Source of the DNA: Gammaproteobacteria bacterium
GTDB lineage: Bacteria > Pseudomonadota > Gammaproteobacteria > Pseudomonadales > Azotimanducaceae
Assembly (NCBI GenBank): GCA_002708205.1
Contig: PAMR01000034.1
Coordinates: forward strand, 17,617 to 65,004
Direction: 5' to 3'
DNA: 47,388 bases
In this document: piece by piece, positions 1 to 9,783 of the stretch
Layout: every line of letters begins with the position of its first letter
How positions within the stretch are numbered: position 1 is the stretch's first letter
Translations under genes and position numbers: made by a program
Notes under the pieces: model-generated
Told to the model about the DNA's origin: nothing
The model's database searches: none
What the model saw: the letters and a program-made list of their open reading frames with translations, nothing else

Positions 1-104
1 TCTTGGTTAACAGGGTTATAGGTCGGTTGCTTATTATGGTTTTTTTTCGGGTACAGTTGATCGTATCCAATTGACAGAACAATAAAGGTTGGGGATTCAC
101 GGAC

Positions 105-1712
105 GTGGCAAATCTACTAGAAGTACGCGATTTACATGTGAGTTTTGGTAACGAACCCGCTGTCAGTGGAGTGTCATTTAATATCGCACCTGGGGAAACT
201 CTGGCGTTGGTGGGGGAATCAGGTTCGGGTAAATCGGTCACAGCTCTATCGGTGTTACAACTATTACCTTACCCCATGGCCAATCATCCGGGAGGTAGCA
301 TCACAGTAAATGGCCAGGAGATGATTGACGCTCCCAAGAGACAGCTTCTAGACGTGCGTGGTGGTGTAGTGAGTATGGTGTTTCAGGAACCCATGACATC
401 ACTTAATCCTTTGCATACGATCGCCAAACAAGTGGGCGAATCTTTGGTGGTGCACAAACAACTGTCCAAAACGATTGCTCGAGAAAGGACTCTCGAATTA
501 TTGGAGCTTGTCGGTTTACAGAATGCCGAGGAGCGTTTAGGGGCCTATCCCCATGAGTTATCGGGAGGACAGCGGCAACGGGTCATGATTGCTATGGCGC
601 TGGCAAATGAACCCCAGCTCCTTATTGCTGATGAACCGACGACAGCTTTGGATGTCACGATACAGGCTCAGATTTTGCAACTATTAAAGGACTTGCAGCG
701 GGATTTAGGGATGGCGTTGCTGCTCATAACCCATGATCTCGGTATCGTGCGAAACATGGCCGATCGTGTGTGCGTTATGACCAACGGAAAAATCGTCGAA
801 GCAGGCCCCAGTGAGGCGATTTTTAATCAGCCTCAACATGAGTACACACAACATTTACTTGCAGCGGAACCTAGTGGCGAGCCGGCGCCTACTACAGACA
901 CACCATCGGTAGTGGCAGAAGCAAAAAACCTGACAGTTAAATACGCCATTGGTAAAGGTTGGTTTGGTGGTAAAAGCTATTTCACCGCTGTAGATCAGGT
1001 GGATGTTTTAGTGCGAGCTGGTCAAACCGTCGGCGTGGTTGGTGAGTCAGGATCTGGAAAAACAACCCTTGGGTTAGCGATGTTGCGGCTGCTAAAAAGT
1101 GAAGGGCAAGTTCGATTTGAAGAAACAGATATACAGGCCGCCAACAAAAAATCCCTTATTTCTTTGCGTAGGGATATGCAGGTCGTGTTTCAGGACCCCT
1201 ATGGCAGTCTGTCACCGCGCTTAACGGTGCAAAGTATTGTCGATGAAGGACTACGTGTACATGAACCGACTGTGACTAAAGAAGAAAGGAGGCAACGGGT
1301 ATCTGAAGTATTGTTGGAAGTTGGTTTGGAACCAGAAATGATGGATCGTTATCCGCATGAGTTTTCGGGTGGACAACGCCAGAGAATCTCGATTGCAAGA
1401 GCGATTGTTCTACGACCCAAATTTGTCGTGTTAGATGAGCCGACTTCCGCGCTTGATATGTCGGTTCAAGCACAAATCGTGGATTTGTTGCGCGATTTGC
1501 AGTCCAAACATAATCTCGGCTACCTTTTTGTAAGTCACGATCTGAAAGTTGTGCGCGCACTTGCTAACTGGTTGATTGTGATGCGAGATGGCGTAATCGT
1601 CGAACAGGGACCTGCTAGACAGGTTTTCGAGAATCCGAGTTCTGATTATGCGCGCGCTCTATTCGACGCTGCGTTAGATATGAAAGTAGACGATGAGTAT
1701 GTTCGCCAGTAA
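105..1712 (+). CDS. yejF: ABC transporter ATP-binding protein with two fused ATPase cassettes (YejF-like, peptide/microcin-type importer)
   Basis: 535-aa ORF with GTG start at 105. Walker A GESGSGKS occurs in both halves and the LSGGQRQR signature occurs twice. Walker B is LLIADEPTTALD and FVVLDEPTSALD. Colinear with E. coli YejF as I remember it. Confidence 0.9.
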   Translation: MANLLEVRDLHVSFGNEPAVSGVSFNIAPGETLALVGESGSGKSVTALSVLQLLPYPMANHPGGSITVNGQEMIDAPKRQLLDVRGGVVSMVFQEPMTSLNPLHTIAKQVGESLVVHKQLSKTIARERTLELLELVGLQNAEERLGAYPHELSGGQRQRVMIAMALANEPQLLIADEPTTALDVTIQAQILQLLKDLQRDLGMALLLITHDLGIVRNMADRVCVMTNGKIVEAGPSEAIFNQPQHEYTQHLLAAEPSGEPAPTTDTPSVVAEAKNLTVKYAIGKGWFGGKSYFTAVDQVDVLVRAGQTVGVVGESGSGKTTLGLAMLRLLKSEGQVRFEETDIQAANKKSLISLRRDMQVVFQDPYGSLSPRLTVQSIVDEGLRVHEPTVTKEERRQRVSEVLLEVGLEPEMMDRYPHEFSGGQRQRISIARAIVLRPKFVVLDEPTSALDMSVQAQIVDLLRDLQSKHNLGYLFVSHDLKVVRALANWLIVMRDGVIVEQGPARQVFENPSSDYARALFDAALDMKVDDEYVRQ

Positions 1713-1783
1713 CCGCGGTGTTCGTAACAACTTCGCCCCTGGCAAAATTATCCTGCGGAAAAACGAAGTTTTTGAGAAATTGC

Positions 1784-2848
1784 CTAGATAGTTAATCGAT
1801 CGATATCCTTAGGTTGCATGCCTATCAGTTTTGCGGCGTCTAGAATCTCGTTCCAGCTAGTATTATCAATGGGGATTTTGTTGGATAACCGATCCTCCAT
1901 GGATTCGAGTTCCGGTTCTCCCGGTATGCGGACTTTGTCGTGCCCTGCGGCGACTTGTGTACTTTGAACATAGTCGATCATCGACGAAACTTCAGACTGA
2001 AATCTGGCATGACCTCCAAACAAGTCAGGGTCAAGTACGACCATAAGCATGTGATTGACGATAGTTCCGACTCGTTGATTGTCGGGTTGCATAGTCCATT
2101 CACCGACCAGCCCGCCACCGAGTAATTCACACATAAATGCGAGACCGTAGCCTTTGTGTTTGCCAAATGGACCTAAAGTTCCCGAAGGTTTCTCATAAAT
2201 TACTCGAGGATCGTTTGTTGGATTGCCCTCATGGTCAACTAATGCCCCGTCAGGTACTTCTTTTTTGGCGTTGTAAGCTACTCTCACTTTTCCTAAGGCG
2301 ATCGCGCTTGTCGCCATATCCAGAACAATTGGCTCATTCCTGTCGCGTGGTACTACGCAACAAAATGGATTAGTTTGAAGTCGGGCTTCCGTTCCGGCGT
2401 AAGGCGAAACGCGGGGCTCATGACCTACGACATTGACAAAGTGCATCGAGACAAATCCTGCAGCTCCGGCTATTTCCCCATATGTCCCAATGCGGCCGAG
2501 GTGGTGAGCATTGCGGAGGCCTATGCAAGCTAAACCGTTTTCTTTCACGCGAGTGACTGCGATATCAGTGGCTTCCTTACCGACAATTTGTCCAAACCCG
2601 AACTGACCGTCGATGAGAATGACAGAACCGGAATCTCTGATGGTTTTTGCGTGTGCGGTAGGATTCAGTGTGCCTGCGCGTAGGTTCTGAATGTAAGTCG
2701 GCACCATACCTACACCATGGGAGTCATGTCCTTTGAGGTTAGCAAGTACGAGATGTTTAGCTGTTTCTTGAGCTACAGAGAATTCTGCGCCTCCGCTAAC
2801 AAATATAGCAGAGACGAATTGTTGTAGTTTTTCACTGTCGATTAACAT
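1784..2848 (-). CDS. Ldh_2 family (malate/L-lactate/ureidoglycolate-type) NAD(P)H-dependent oxidoreductase, substrate unknown
   Basis: 354 aa. Motifs LKGHDSHGVGMVPTY and NAHHLGRIGTYGE are typical of the Ldh_2 family. Confidence 0.8.
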   Translation of the reverse strand: MLIDSEKLQQFVSAIFVSGGAEFSVAQETAKHLVLANLKGHDSHGVGMVPTYIQNLRAGTLNPTAHAKTIRDSGSVILIDGQFGFGQIVGKEATDIAVTRVKENGLACIGLRNAHHLGRIGTYGEIAGAAGFVSMHFVNVVGHEPRVSPYAGTEARLQTNPFCCVVPRDRNEPIVLDMATSAIALGKVRVAYNAKKEVPDGALVDHEGNPTNDPRVIYEKPSGTLGPFGKHKGYGLAFMCELLGGGLVGEWTMQPDNQRVGTIVNHMLMVVLDPDLFGGHARFQSEVSSMIDYVQSTQVAAGHDKVRIPGEPELESMEDRLSNKIPIDNTSWNEILDAAKLIGMQPKDIDRLTI

Positions 2849-2997
2849 GCATTACCCCGAGCACAAAAAGAAACAGCGCAATATGCCGGAATTCGATGGC
2901 GATATAAATCAGAAGGTGTCTTTCTTGTCCTAGTTACGGGAGTATTAGGTTCTTTCGTTATTGTTTGATCCCTAATTCGAAAAAGGTACTAGTAAAG

Positions 2998-3858
2998 ATG
3001 GAGAACGCGTTAGCGACCGGTTACGGACTAATTGAAGGGCCAGTGTGGGATTCCGAGCGCGGCCTACTTTTTTCTGATGTTCTCAATGGAGGCGTATTTT
3101 GTCTGGATCAATCCGGGAATGTGGAACAGTTGATCGAACATCGAAAGGGTATTGGCGGTATGGCATTGCATGAAAAAGGAATAGTAGTAGGTGGGCGAAA
3201 CATAGCGTTAAAGGCGTTTGACAAAAATTCTACTCAAGTTTTGCTCGATAGAGATTTGAATGCCCACAATGTGGGATATAACGACCTAACAACAGATTCG
3301 CATGGAAGGATTTATGCCGGTTCGTTAGGAAGTCCTGTTTTTGACCCGAAAGCTGTCTTTCAACCGGGCCAACTCTTCTTGATAGATGTCGATGGTTCTT
3401 CGAGGGTCGTTGCTGAAGATGTGCTATTAACTAATGGTTTAGGTTTTTCTCCTGATGGTCAAACACTGTATCACTCAGATTCTCGTCGCCAAGCCGTCTT
3501 TTTTTATAATGTCCTAAGTGATGGTTCGCTAGGAGCTAAATTACATTTTGCGGATATAGAAAAGGGATCTCCTGACGGATTGGCTGTTTCCAGTGATGGC
3601 CGTGTGTGGGTGGCAATAGCTGGCGGTGGTTTAGTGATCGTTTTTGATTCAGAAGGGAATTCGGTGGATTCCATTGACGTTCCTCTACCTATGGTTACAA
3701 GTGTATGTTTTGGAGGTGACGATCTGTGTGATCTATTTGTTGTCACCGGTTCAGATGGGACTGGTGACAAAAATCGGGGGACGGTCTTTCGATATGCAGT
3801 AGACACGCCGGGGCTGCCAATCCCGATTTCCCGCGTTCGAACAGCAAAATCCATCTAA
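2998..3858 (+). CDS. SMP-30/gluconolactonase/LRE-like (SGL) beta-propeller lactonase
   Basis: Motifs GLIEGPVWDSERGLLFSDV, NDLTTDSHGRIYAG and PDGLAVSSDGRVWVA. The ORF opens at TTG 2965; I chose the first ATG at 2998. Confidence 0.8.
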   Translation: MENALATGYGLIEGPVWDSERGLLFSDVLNGGVFCLDQSGNVEQLIEHRKGIGGMALHEKGIVVGGRNIALKAFDKNSTQVLLDRDLNAHNVGYNDLTTDSHGRIYAGSLGSPVFDPKAVFQPGQLFLIDVDGSSRVVAEDVLLTNGLGFSPDGQTLYHSDSRRQAVFFYNVLSDGSLGAKLHFADIEKGSPDGLAVSSDGRVWVAIAGGGLVIVFDSEGNSVDSIDVPLPMVTSVCFGGDDLCDLFVVTGSDGTGDKNRGTVFRYAVDTPGLPIPISRVRTAKSI

Positions 3859-3888
3859 ATCACAGATTCTGTACAAGGTTCGAAGTAT

Positions 3889-5214
3889 TTGAGAGATGAG
3901 CATTCACGCGTGTCAGTAAAACCTCGAGTGCAGATCGAAAAGCCTACCCATACGCGTTTCTTTTACGGTTGGGTCATTGTTGCGGTTGCGGCCCTTTTGG
4001 GCTTTCTAGGCACGGGCTTTTACTCCTATTCGCGCGGTATTTTCTTAACTGAGCTCGCCGACGAATTAGCGAATGGAAGCCGTTTCTGGATTGCCGCAGG
4101 ATTTTCAGCTGCAAGTATTACCGGGGCCATCGTAGCGCCATTTATCGGGCATCTATTGGATCGATTTTCTCCAAGAATCGTCATTCTAACCGGTGTCTGT
4201 GTCGTAGCGACTTCCTATGTTTTGTTGGCTAGTACCGCAAACTTGTGGCAGTACTTTATGGTGGTCGGTATTGGTATGGGTTTTGGAATGACCTGTATGG
4301 GAGGACTAGCATGGCACCGAACGGTAGTTAGTTGGTTTGATCACTGGCGGGGAAGAGCTATCGCTTTGGCTGTAATGGGTGCCTCGATAGCCGGAGTTAT
4401 GATGCCTCCTCTAGTTGAAGCCCTTTTAGAATCGATCGGATGGCGACTTAGCTACACTGTGTTCGCAGCGGTGACCTTCTTCGCATTGGTTCCGGCAGTT
4501 TGGCTGTATATGAAGGATCGGCCTTCGGATATAGACGAAGTACGCGACGGACATAAATATGTTGATTCGAACCCCGAAGAGCAAATTCGCATTGATGAAG
4601 ACACCCGGGAATGGCGTTGGCAAGATATGCTCAGGGCCAGACCTTTTTGGGCGATCGGGCTGGTTTTTGGTGCGATGGGCTGCGTTTATTCGGCCACCAT
4701 GTTGCATTTATTTGGTCACCTAACAGATATAGGCGTTACGAGGAGTTATGCGGCTTGGGTTTTGTCGGCTACAGCGCTTTTTGCGGCGGTGGGAAAGCCT
4801 ATTGTGGGGTGGCTAGCGGACGCTGTGGGAGCACGAGTGACTATTTGGTTGGCGTTAGTGTGCCAGGGAGGAGCTTTGGTCTTATTTGCTCAAGCCGATA
4901 GTTTGAGCATGGCTTTTGCTGCGGGATGTTTATATGGGTTCGGCTATTCGGGTATGTCGCCACTGAGGACATTTGCGTTGTCCACCGCGATGGGCAGCGT
5001 GTCTTTTGGCGCAGCGAATGGAATTATTCGTTTTGTAGAACTTCCGCTTGTACTGATGGCTTCACCTTTAGCGGGTTTTATTTATGATGTAACTGGCAGC
5101 TACCGCTTGGCCTTTTTAATCCTAGCGGGCCTGATGGGTGTAGCATTACTAGGGCCTTTGTTTATGCCGGCAGGTGGTGCGCGCGAGAGGCATCGTCGAA
5201 AACAGTCGAACTGA
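3889..5214 (+). CDS. MFS transporter
   Basis: 441 aa with many hydrophobic segments split by a charged central loop (KDRPSDIDEVRDGHKYVDSNPEEQ). The start is uncertain: TTG at 3889, with no nearby in-frame ATG. Confidence 0.75.
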   Translation: MRDEHSRVSVKPRVQIEKPTHTRFFYGWVIVAVAALLGFLGTGFYSYSRGIFLTELADELANGSRFWIAAGFSAASITGAIVAPFIGHLLDRFSPRIVILTGVCVVATSYVLLASTANLWQYFMVVGIGMGFGMTCMGGLAWHRTVVSWFDHWRGRAIALAVMGASIAGVMMPPLVEALLESIGWRLSYTVFAAVTFFALVPAVWLYMKDRPSDIDEVRDGHKYVDSNPEEQIRIDEDTREWRWQDMLRARPFWAIGLVFGAMGCVYSATMLHLFGHLTDIGVTRSYAAWVLSATALFAAVGKPIVGWLADAVGARVTIWLALVCQGGALVLFAQADSLSMAFAAGCLYGFGYSGMSPLRTFALSTAMGSVSFGAANGIIRFVELPLVLMASPLAGFIYDVTGSYRLAFLILAGLMGVALLGPLFMPAGGARERHRRKQSN

Positions 5215-5251
5215 AATTGGCCTTAACATACATTATGGGTGGCGAGAAGAT

Positions 5252-6286
5252 ATGAATAGACCGGAGCATTTAATCGAAGATCCCGATGTGACTGCGCTGG
5301 AATTGAATGACGTAGGTTGGGTTGGAGTCGACAAAGAATCTCCGCGCGTAGTAGAACTACACGATTATTTGGTTGCAAATAATGGGATACGGGGTCTTGA
5401 GATAGCGGATCCGGATCAAATAGAGAAAGCGACAGAATTATTTTATCGAGATGGTTTTGTAGTGGTGCGTGACGTTTTGGATACTGATCAACTTGAATTT
5501 ATTCGGAGCGGTTGCGACGATGTCATTCACCAGATTCTCGAGAAAGATGCTACCCGATATGGGAATCGAGGATCGCATCGATACTCCTTCGGTGGATCCA
5601 GTATCAGTGGGCATTTAATGCACCGTCCCGAGTGGGCAATGCTCATAGACTTGTCAACTGTCACACCAATTCTCAAATCGATATTTGGCTCATCCAATTA
5701 CATCGCTCGTGGCGGGGGTGGTGACTTTTGCTTGCCTGGAGCTATTGAGTATCAGGGTTTGCATGCGGATATGGGGGATCGACGCGTTTTGACCAATCCC
5801 AAAACTGGAAAGCAGAGAATATTCGGTTCCTTTTACGATCCTAGAGGTAAATTAAATTATCGGGACCTACCTTGTCCGTACGTGTGCTGTAATTTTTTGA
5901 TGGTAGATTTTACGGCAACGAATGGGCCCACTCGTCAAATTCCTGGCACACAACATAGCCAGCAACCGATACCGACTCTTGAAGAAGAACCGGAATGGAT
6001 GAAGTTGTCGACGGTGTGTCCTGCCCCGGCGGGGTCGGTGTTGATTCGAGATATTCGAGCTTGGCATGGTGGTACGCCAAATGTTTCGGACGAGGTTCGA
6101 GCGATACCGAACGCTGAGTTCTACGCTCCTTGGTTTCATGAGCCTATGCCCAAGAGTATGCCTAGGTCTATTTACGAAACACTTTCGGAACATGGGAAGC
6201 ACCTATGCCGTTTTATAGTTGCGGATACGGTGGATGAAGTGAAAGTGGGCGTTCGTGATGATATAGGATCCATTCGTCCAAAATGA
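5252..6286 (+). CDS. PhyH-family Fe(II)/2-oxoglutarate-dependent dioxygenase
   Basis: HxD motif in GLHADMGD, distal His in WHGGTPN, Arg in VRAIPN, N-terminal FYRDGFVVVRDVL. The ORF opens at 5174 overlapping the MFS gene, so I chose ATG 5252, which follows GAGAAG. Confidence 0.75.
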   Translation: MNRPEHLIEDPDVTALELNDVGWVGVDKESPRVVELHDYLVANNGIRGLEIADPDQIEKATELFYRDGFVVVRDVLDTDQLEFIRSGCDDVIHQILEKDATRYGNRGSHRYSFGGSSISGHLMHRPEWAMLIDLSTVTPILKSIFGSSNYIARGGGGDFCLPGAIEYQGLHADMGDRRVLTNPKTGKQRIFGSFYDPRGKLNYRDLPCPYVCCNFLMVDFTATNGPTRQIPGTQHSQQPIPTLEEEPEWMKLSTVCPAPAGSVLIRDIRAWHGGTPNVSDEVRAIPNAEFYAPWFHEPMPKSMPRSIYETLSEHGKHLCRFIVADTVDEVKVGVRDDIGSIRPK

Positions 6287-6373
6287 TGCTGTATACCTGT
6301 CGAAGAAAATTAACGAGGTAGGCTTGAATGTCTCGGATTTTTGATCTGATGAGCGGGGTAGTTAATTGAATTT

Positions 6374-7483
6374 ATGAATAGTGAGGCGTTAGACGGAATT
6401 AATGTTGTAGATGTCTCCGGCACCGTTGGTACTGGGTACTGCTCGAAAGTATTTGCTGATTATGGGGCCCAGGTTGTAAACCTAGAGACAGAGTCAGGTT
6501 TTGCTACGAGGCGTCTTGGACCCCATATCCCTGGCGTTTCGGAACCAGAAAATAGTGCGATGCACGCATTTCTCAGCACGAATAAGAAAAGTGTTGTGGC
6601 TACAGATTTGTCGAGTGATGTAGCAAAACGTGTGCTTCAAGAGGCTGATTTGATTCTTGACGATGGAAGTGATTGGGATGGGTGCAACCAGAGCACCGAC
6701 GCAATAAGGTCGAGCATCACCTGGTATGGGAAGGGTGGCCCTTATAGCGATTTCGTGGGGAGTGATATGGAAATTTTCGCTCTAAATGGGATGTTGCGTG
6801 GTATCGGTCATATTGACGGCCCCCCAATCATTCCAACGGGATACCAAGCTCAGATCATCGGCGGTGCGTCGGCGTTTATAGGCAGTATGGCTCAAGTGTT
6901 CGGTAAAGAACTGGGTAATAGCTTGGAACCTGTACATGTCGAGACGAGCATTTACGAATCATGTCTGTGCTTTACTGATGTGGGAATCGTTGGAGCGTAT
7001 TCGTCTGGTATCGTGGCCCCTCGTATGGGGATTAACCGCTTTCCGCCAACCTATCCTCTCGGTGTATTTCCGTGCAAAGATGGTTGGATTGGCGTGACTG
7101 TACTAACACCTAGTCAATGGCACGCATTTTGTAAATTGTTAGAAATGGACGATCTATCGCAACTAGAGCTGTTTCAATCGGCGATTGGGCGACTTCAAGG
7201 TATTGACATTATTGAGCCAAGAATGCGGGAAAAACTACTAACTTTTTCTGCGGAAGATATTTTTTATCGATCCCAGAAAGCTCGGGTACCTTTGGCGCGA
7301 GTTCCAACAATGGAGGAACTTTTCGATGTCGATCAGTTTGTCGAGCGTAATGCTTTTTCTTTAGCTCACAGCCAGCATTATGAAATCAATGTACCAAGTG
7401 TTCCGTTCCGTTTGTTCCGCACACCGCCGAAATTTGGGGGTGTGGTGGCTCATTTGGGTGCTCACACAAAGGATTACGCATGA
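6374..7483 (+). CDS. Family III (CaiB/BaiF-type) CoA-transferase paralogue lacking the catalytic Asp
   Basis: N-terminal INVVDVSGTVGTGYCSKVFADYGAQVVNLE matches the family. The segment DGPPIIPTGYQAQIIGG aligns without gaps to the DGPP...LGDSNTG region of YfdW/Frc, placing Gln160 (codon 6851-6853) where the nucleophilic Asp sits. Confidence 0.8.
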   Translation: MNSEALDGINVVDVSGTVGTGYCSKVFADYGAQVVNLETESGFATRRLGPHIPGVSEPENSAMHAFLSTNKKSVVATDLSSDVAKRVLQEADLILDDGSDWDGCNQSTDAIRSSITWYGKGGPYSDFVGSDMEIFALNGMLRGIGHIDGPPIIPTGYQAQIIGGASAFIGSMAQVFGKELGNSLEPVHVETSIYESCLCFTDVGIVGAYSSGIVAPRMGINRFPPTYPLGVFPCKDGWIGVTVLTPSQWHAFCKLLEMDDLSQLELFQSAIGRLQGIDIIEPRMREKLLTFSAEDIFYRSQKARVPLARVPTMEELFDVDQFVERNAFSLAHSQHYEINVPSVPFRLFRTPPKFGGVVAHLGAHTKDYA

Positions 7484-8715
7484 CGGCGGCAACACCATTG
7501 AAAGGAATACGAATTATTGATCTAAGTATGGGATGGGCGGGCCCATTGGCTTGTCGGCACATGGCCGATATGGGTGCTGATGTTATCAAAGTAGAGAGTT
7601 GTGAACGTTTTGATTGGTGGCGATCGTGGGAGGCTACACAGGAATGGATAGAAAGTAATGGTGCTGAAAAATCGACGGCTTTTAACACCGTAAATCGAAA
7701 TAAACGAGATATCACGTTGGATCTTGAGCACCCGGAGGGTCGATCCTTACTACTAGAGCTCGTCAAAACTGCCAACATTGTAGTAGAGAACTATTCGGGT
7801 AGTGTCTTGCCTAAATTAGATCTTAGTTTCGAAATTTTTCGACAAGCGAAGCCAGATATCATTCTTCTTTCAATGCCTGCATTTGGTTCCACCGGCCCTT
7901 GGGCTAATTTCCGTGCATATGGGTCTACGGTCGAACAGTCCTCCGGTCTTCCGCATCTAAATGGGAGTGAGAATGACCCACCTACTATGCAGCATGTTGC
8001 TTTGGGTGATGCGGTTGGTGGACTAACTGGTGCGGCTGCGATTTTGGTGGCATTGCGCCACCAATCAAGAACCGGGGAAGGACAATTTGTTGATTTATCT
8101 CAGGTAGAGGGATTGTTCCCCATGGCGTCGCACGGAATATTGGAGTATGCAGCAACTGGAAACTCCCCAAAACGCGCTGGCAGTCGTTTCGGTAATTCTC
8201 TCGTCCGGGGTGTTTACGCTTGCAAGGGAGAAGATCAGTGGGTGGCTATTGAATGTTCTTCTGCGGACCATTGGTCAGCTTTAGCTGACGAAATCGGTCA
8301 GCCGTTATCGGAATTTGGTGAGTACCAAATTGCGAAACATCGAATTGACGAAATTGACAGCGTCCTGTCGGATTCTTTCAGAGACAAGGATGCGAAAGAA
8401 GTGATGCGACAATTGCAAGGAATTGGTATTCCAGCAGCAGCTACACTTAGCACGGTTGATATATTAAACGACCCACATCTTGCAAAAAGAGGGTTCTGGC
8501 AGTTTCAAGAGCGTGCGTTTGTCGGTTTGCAGCCACATCCATCTCCACCCTACCGCGTTGGGAAAGAACCTTTTTCTATAGTGTCTGCGGCCCCGACATT
8601 AGGGGAACATAATCAAGAAATTCTAAAGACTGTTTTGGGTATAGAAGACGAGGAGATCACTCGACTAGAGTCGCTGGGTGTTATCGGTAACAGGCCTCGC
8701 CTGCCCTCAAAGTAG
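7480..8715 (+). CDS. Family III (CaiB/BaiF-type) CoA-transferase
   Basis: GIRIIDLSMGWAGPLACRHMADMGADVIKVES; catalytic Asp retained in ALGDAVGG (Asp177, codon 8008-8010); C-terminal APTLGEHNQEIL. ATGA start/stop overlap with the upstream paralogue at 7480-7483. Confidence 0.85.
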   Translation: MTAATPLKGIRIIDLSMGWAGPLACRHMADMGADVIKVESCERFDWWRSWEATQEWIESNGAEKSTAFNTVNRNKRDITLDLEHPEGRSLLLELVKTANIVVENYSGSVLPKLDLSFEIFRQAKPDIILLSMPAFGSTGPWANFRAYGSTVEQSSGLPHLNGSENDPPTMQHVALGDAVGGLTGAAAILVALRHQSRTGEGQFVDLSQVEGLFPMASHGILEYAATGNSPKRAGSRFGNSLVRGVYACKGEDQWVAIECSSADHWSALADEIGQPLSEFGEYQIAKHRIDEIDSVLSDSFRDKDAKEVMRQLQGIGIPAAATLSTVDILNDPHLAKRGFWQFQERAFVGLQPHPSPPYRVGKEPFSIVSAAPTLGEHNQEILKTVLGIEDEEITRLESLGVIGNRPRLPSK

Positions 8716-8798
8716 AAAATGAATTTAGTTCTACCGTAAAGCGGAATCTACGACACTTCGATTGGTTCGATCCGTCTATTTTCTTGTGGCTTGAAACT

Positions 8799-9662
8799 CT
8801 AGCCTCCAGTGATTACTTCGAGCTGGTCTTTGGGGCCATAAAAATAAGATCCGGGCATAAAGTCGTAACCTAGATCACCCAGTAGACGCCTTTGCCTATG
8901 AGTGCACTGCGCGTTTACTTCTGGAGTAACTTCATAATCATACTGCCGCACAAATAATTGACAGTAGTTGTAGAGCAATGTTCGGCGTCCATGACCAGAT
9001 TCGTTTCGGCTGGGCCCGTGCCACAATGCATGCGGAAATAAAATGCAATCGCCAGCTTTCCCTCGAATTTGCGCGGCCCCAGGGGAATATGGATTAGGAG
9101 GATTAGGTCCATCGTATGGAATAGCGCGGAGGTGGCTTCCCGGGAATACAGTTAGGTTACCCGTATTTTCATTTTCGGTATCCGTTAACAAATACAGTGC
9201 CTTCATAGCGATTGGAACACTTGACTCCGTCACACGAATTCGTCGTAGTGCTTCTCCGCCATCGGTATGTGTGTACCCTGGAAAAGTCGAGTTTGGTGCT
9301 CGCACTATCGCCTGAGACATACTGTGGAGGATATAAGGACCCATGATATCAACCACCAAATCGAAGACATTCGGTCGATCTATAAGTTCAATAAAGTGCT
9401 TGCCGTAAGGTAGCAAGTCCCTTCGGTCCATGAAACCGTCAGGATCGAGATCCTCAGTATGGGGCAGTTGGCCGTAATGCCCCATGGGCAGGTTTTCACC
9501 TTTTATCGGTTCGAAGCCGGGCTCTTTTCTAATTCGGTCTAGTTCTTCGTTGAAGAATGTAACCTCATCACGACTGAGTGCGTTTTCGACGACGATGTAG
9601 CCATCCGTATTCCACTGCCGCCGTTGTTCTCCATCCAACGTTTGCATAGACGCTCCTAGCAT
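8799..9662 (-). CDS. PhyH-family Fe(II)/2-oxoglutarate-dependent dioxygenase
   Basis: 287 aa. WNTDGYIVVENALSRDEV, HxD in YTHTDGG, distal His in LWHGPSRN. Confidence 0.75.
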   Translation of the reverse strand: MLGASMQTLDGEQRRQWNTDGYIVVENALSRDEVTFFNEELDRIRKEPGFEPIKGENLPMGHYGQLPHTEDLDPDGFMDRRDLLPYGKHFIELIDRPNVFDLVVDIMGPYILHSMSQAIVRAPNSTFPGYTHTDGGEALRRIRVTESSVPIAMKALYLLTDTENENTGNLTVFPGSHLRAIPYDGPNPPNPYSPGAAQIRGKAGDCILFPHALWHGPSRNESGHGRRTLLYNYCQLFVRQYDYEVTPEVNAQCTHRQRRLLGDLGYDFMPGSYFYGPKDQLEVITGG

Positions 9663-9783
9663 ATTCGTATGGTAGAGATTAGCGCCTTGTGGCCGTCTCT
9701 GGAAGGGGGGTAAGGAATTGCTGCTTGCTTTAAGGGGGATCGGAAGTTACCGATTTACATAGAATGTCGCAGACCGAAATCGA

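Noticed and set aside
1-104. Possible 3-prime end of an upstream permease gene (frame 3 is open to a TGA at about 72-74)
   Set aside because: Only about 23 codons are visible and they show no diagnostic motif, so the call cannot be supported from the sequence.
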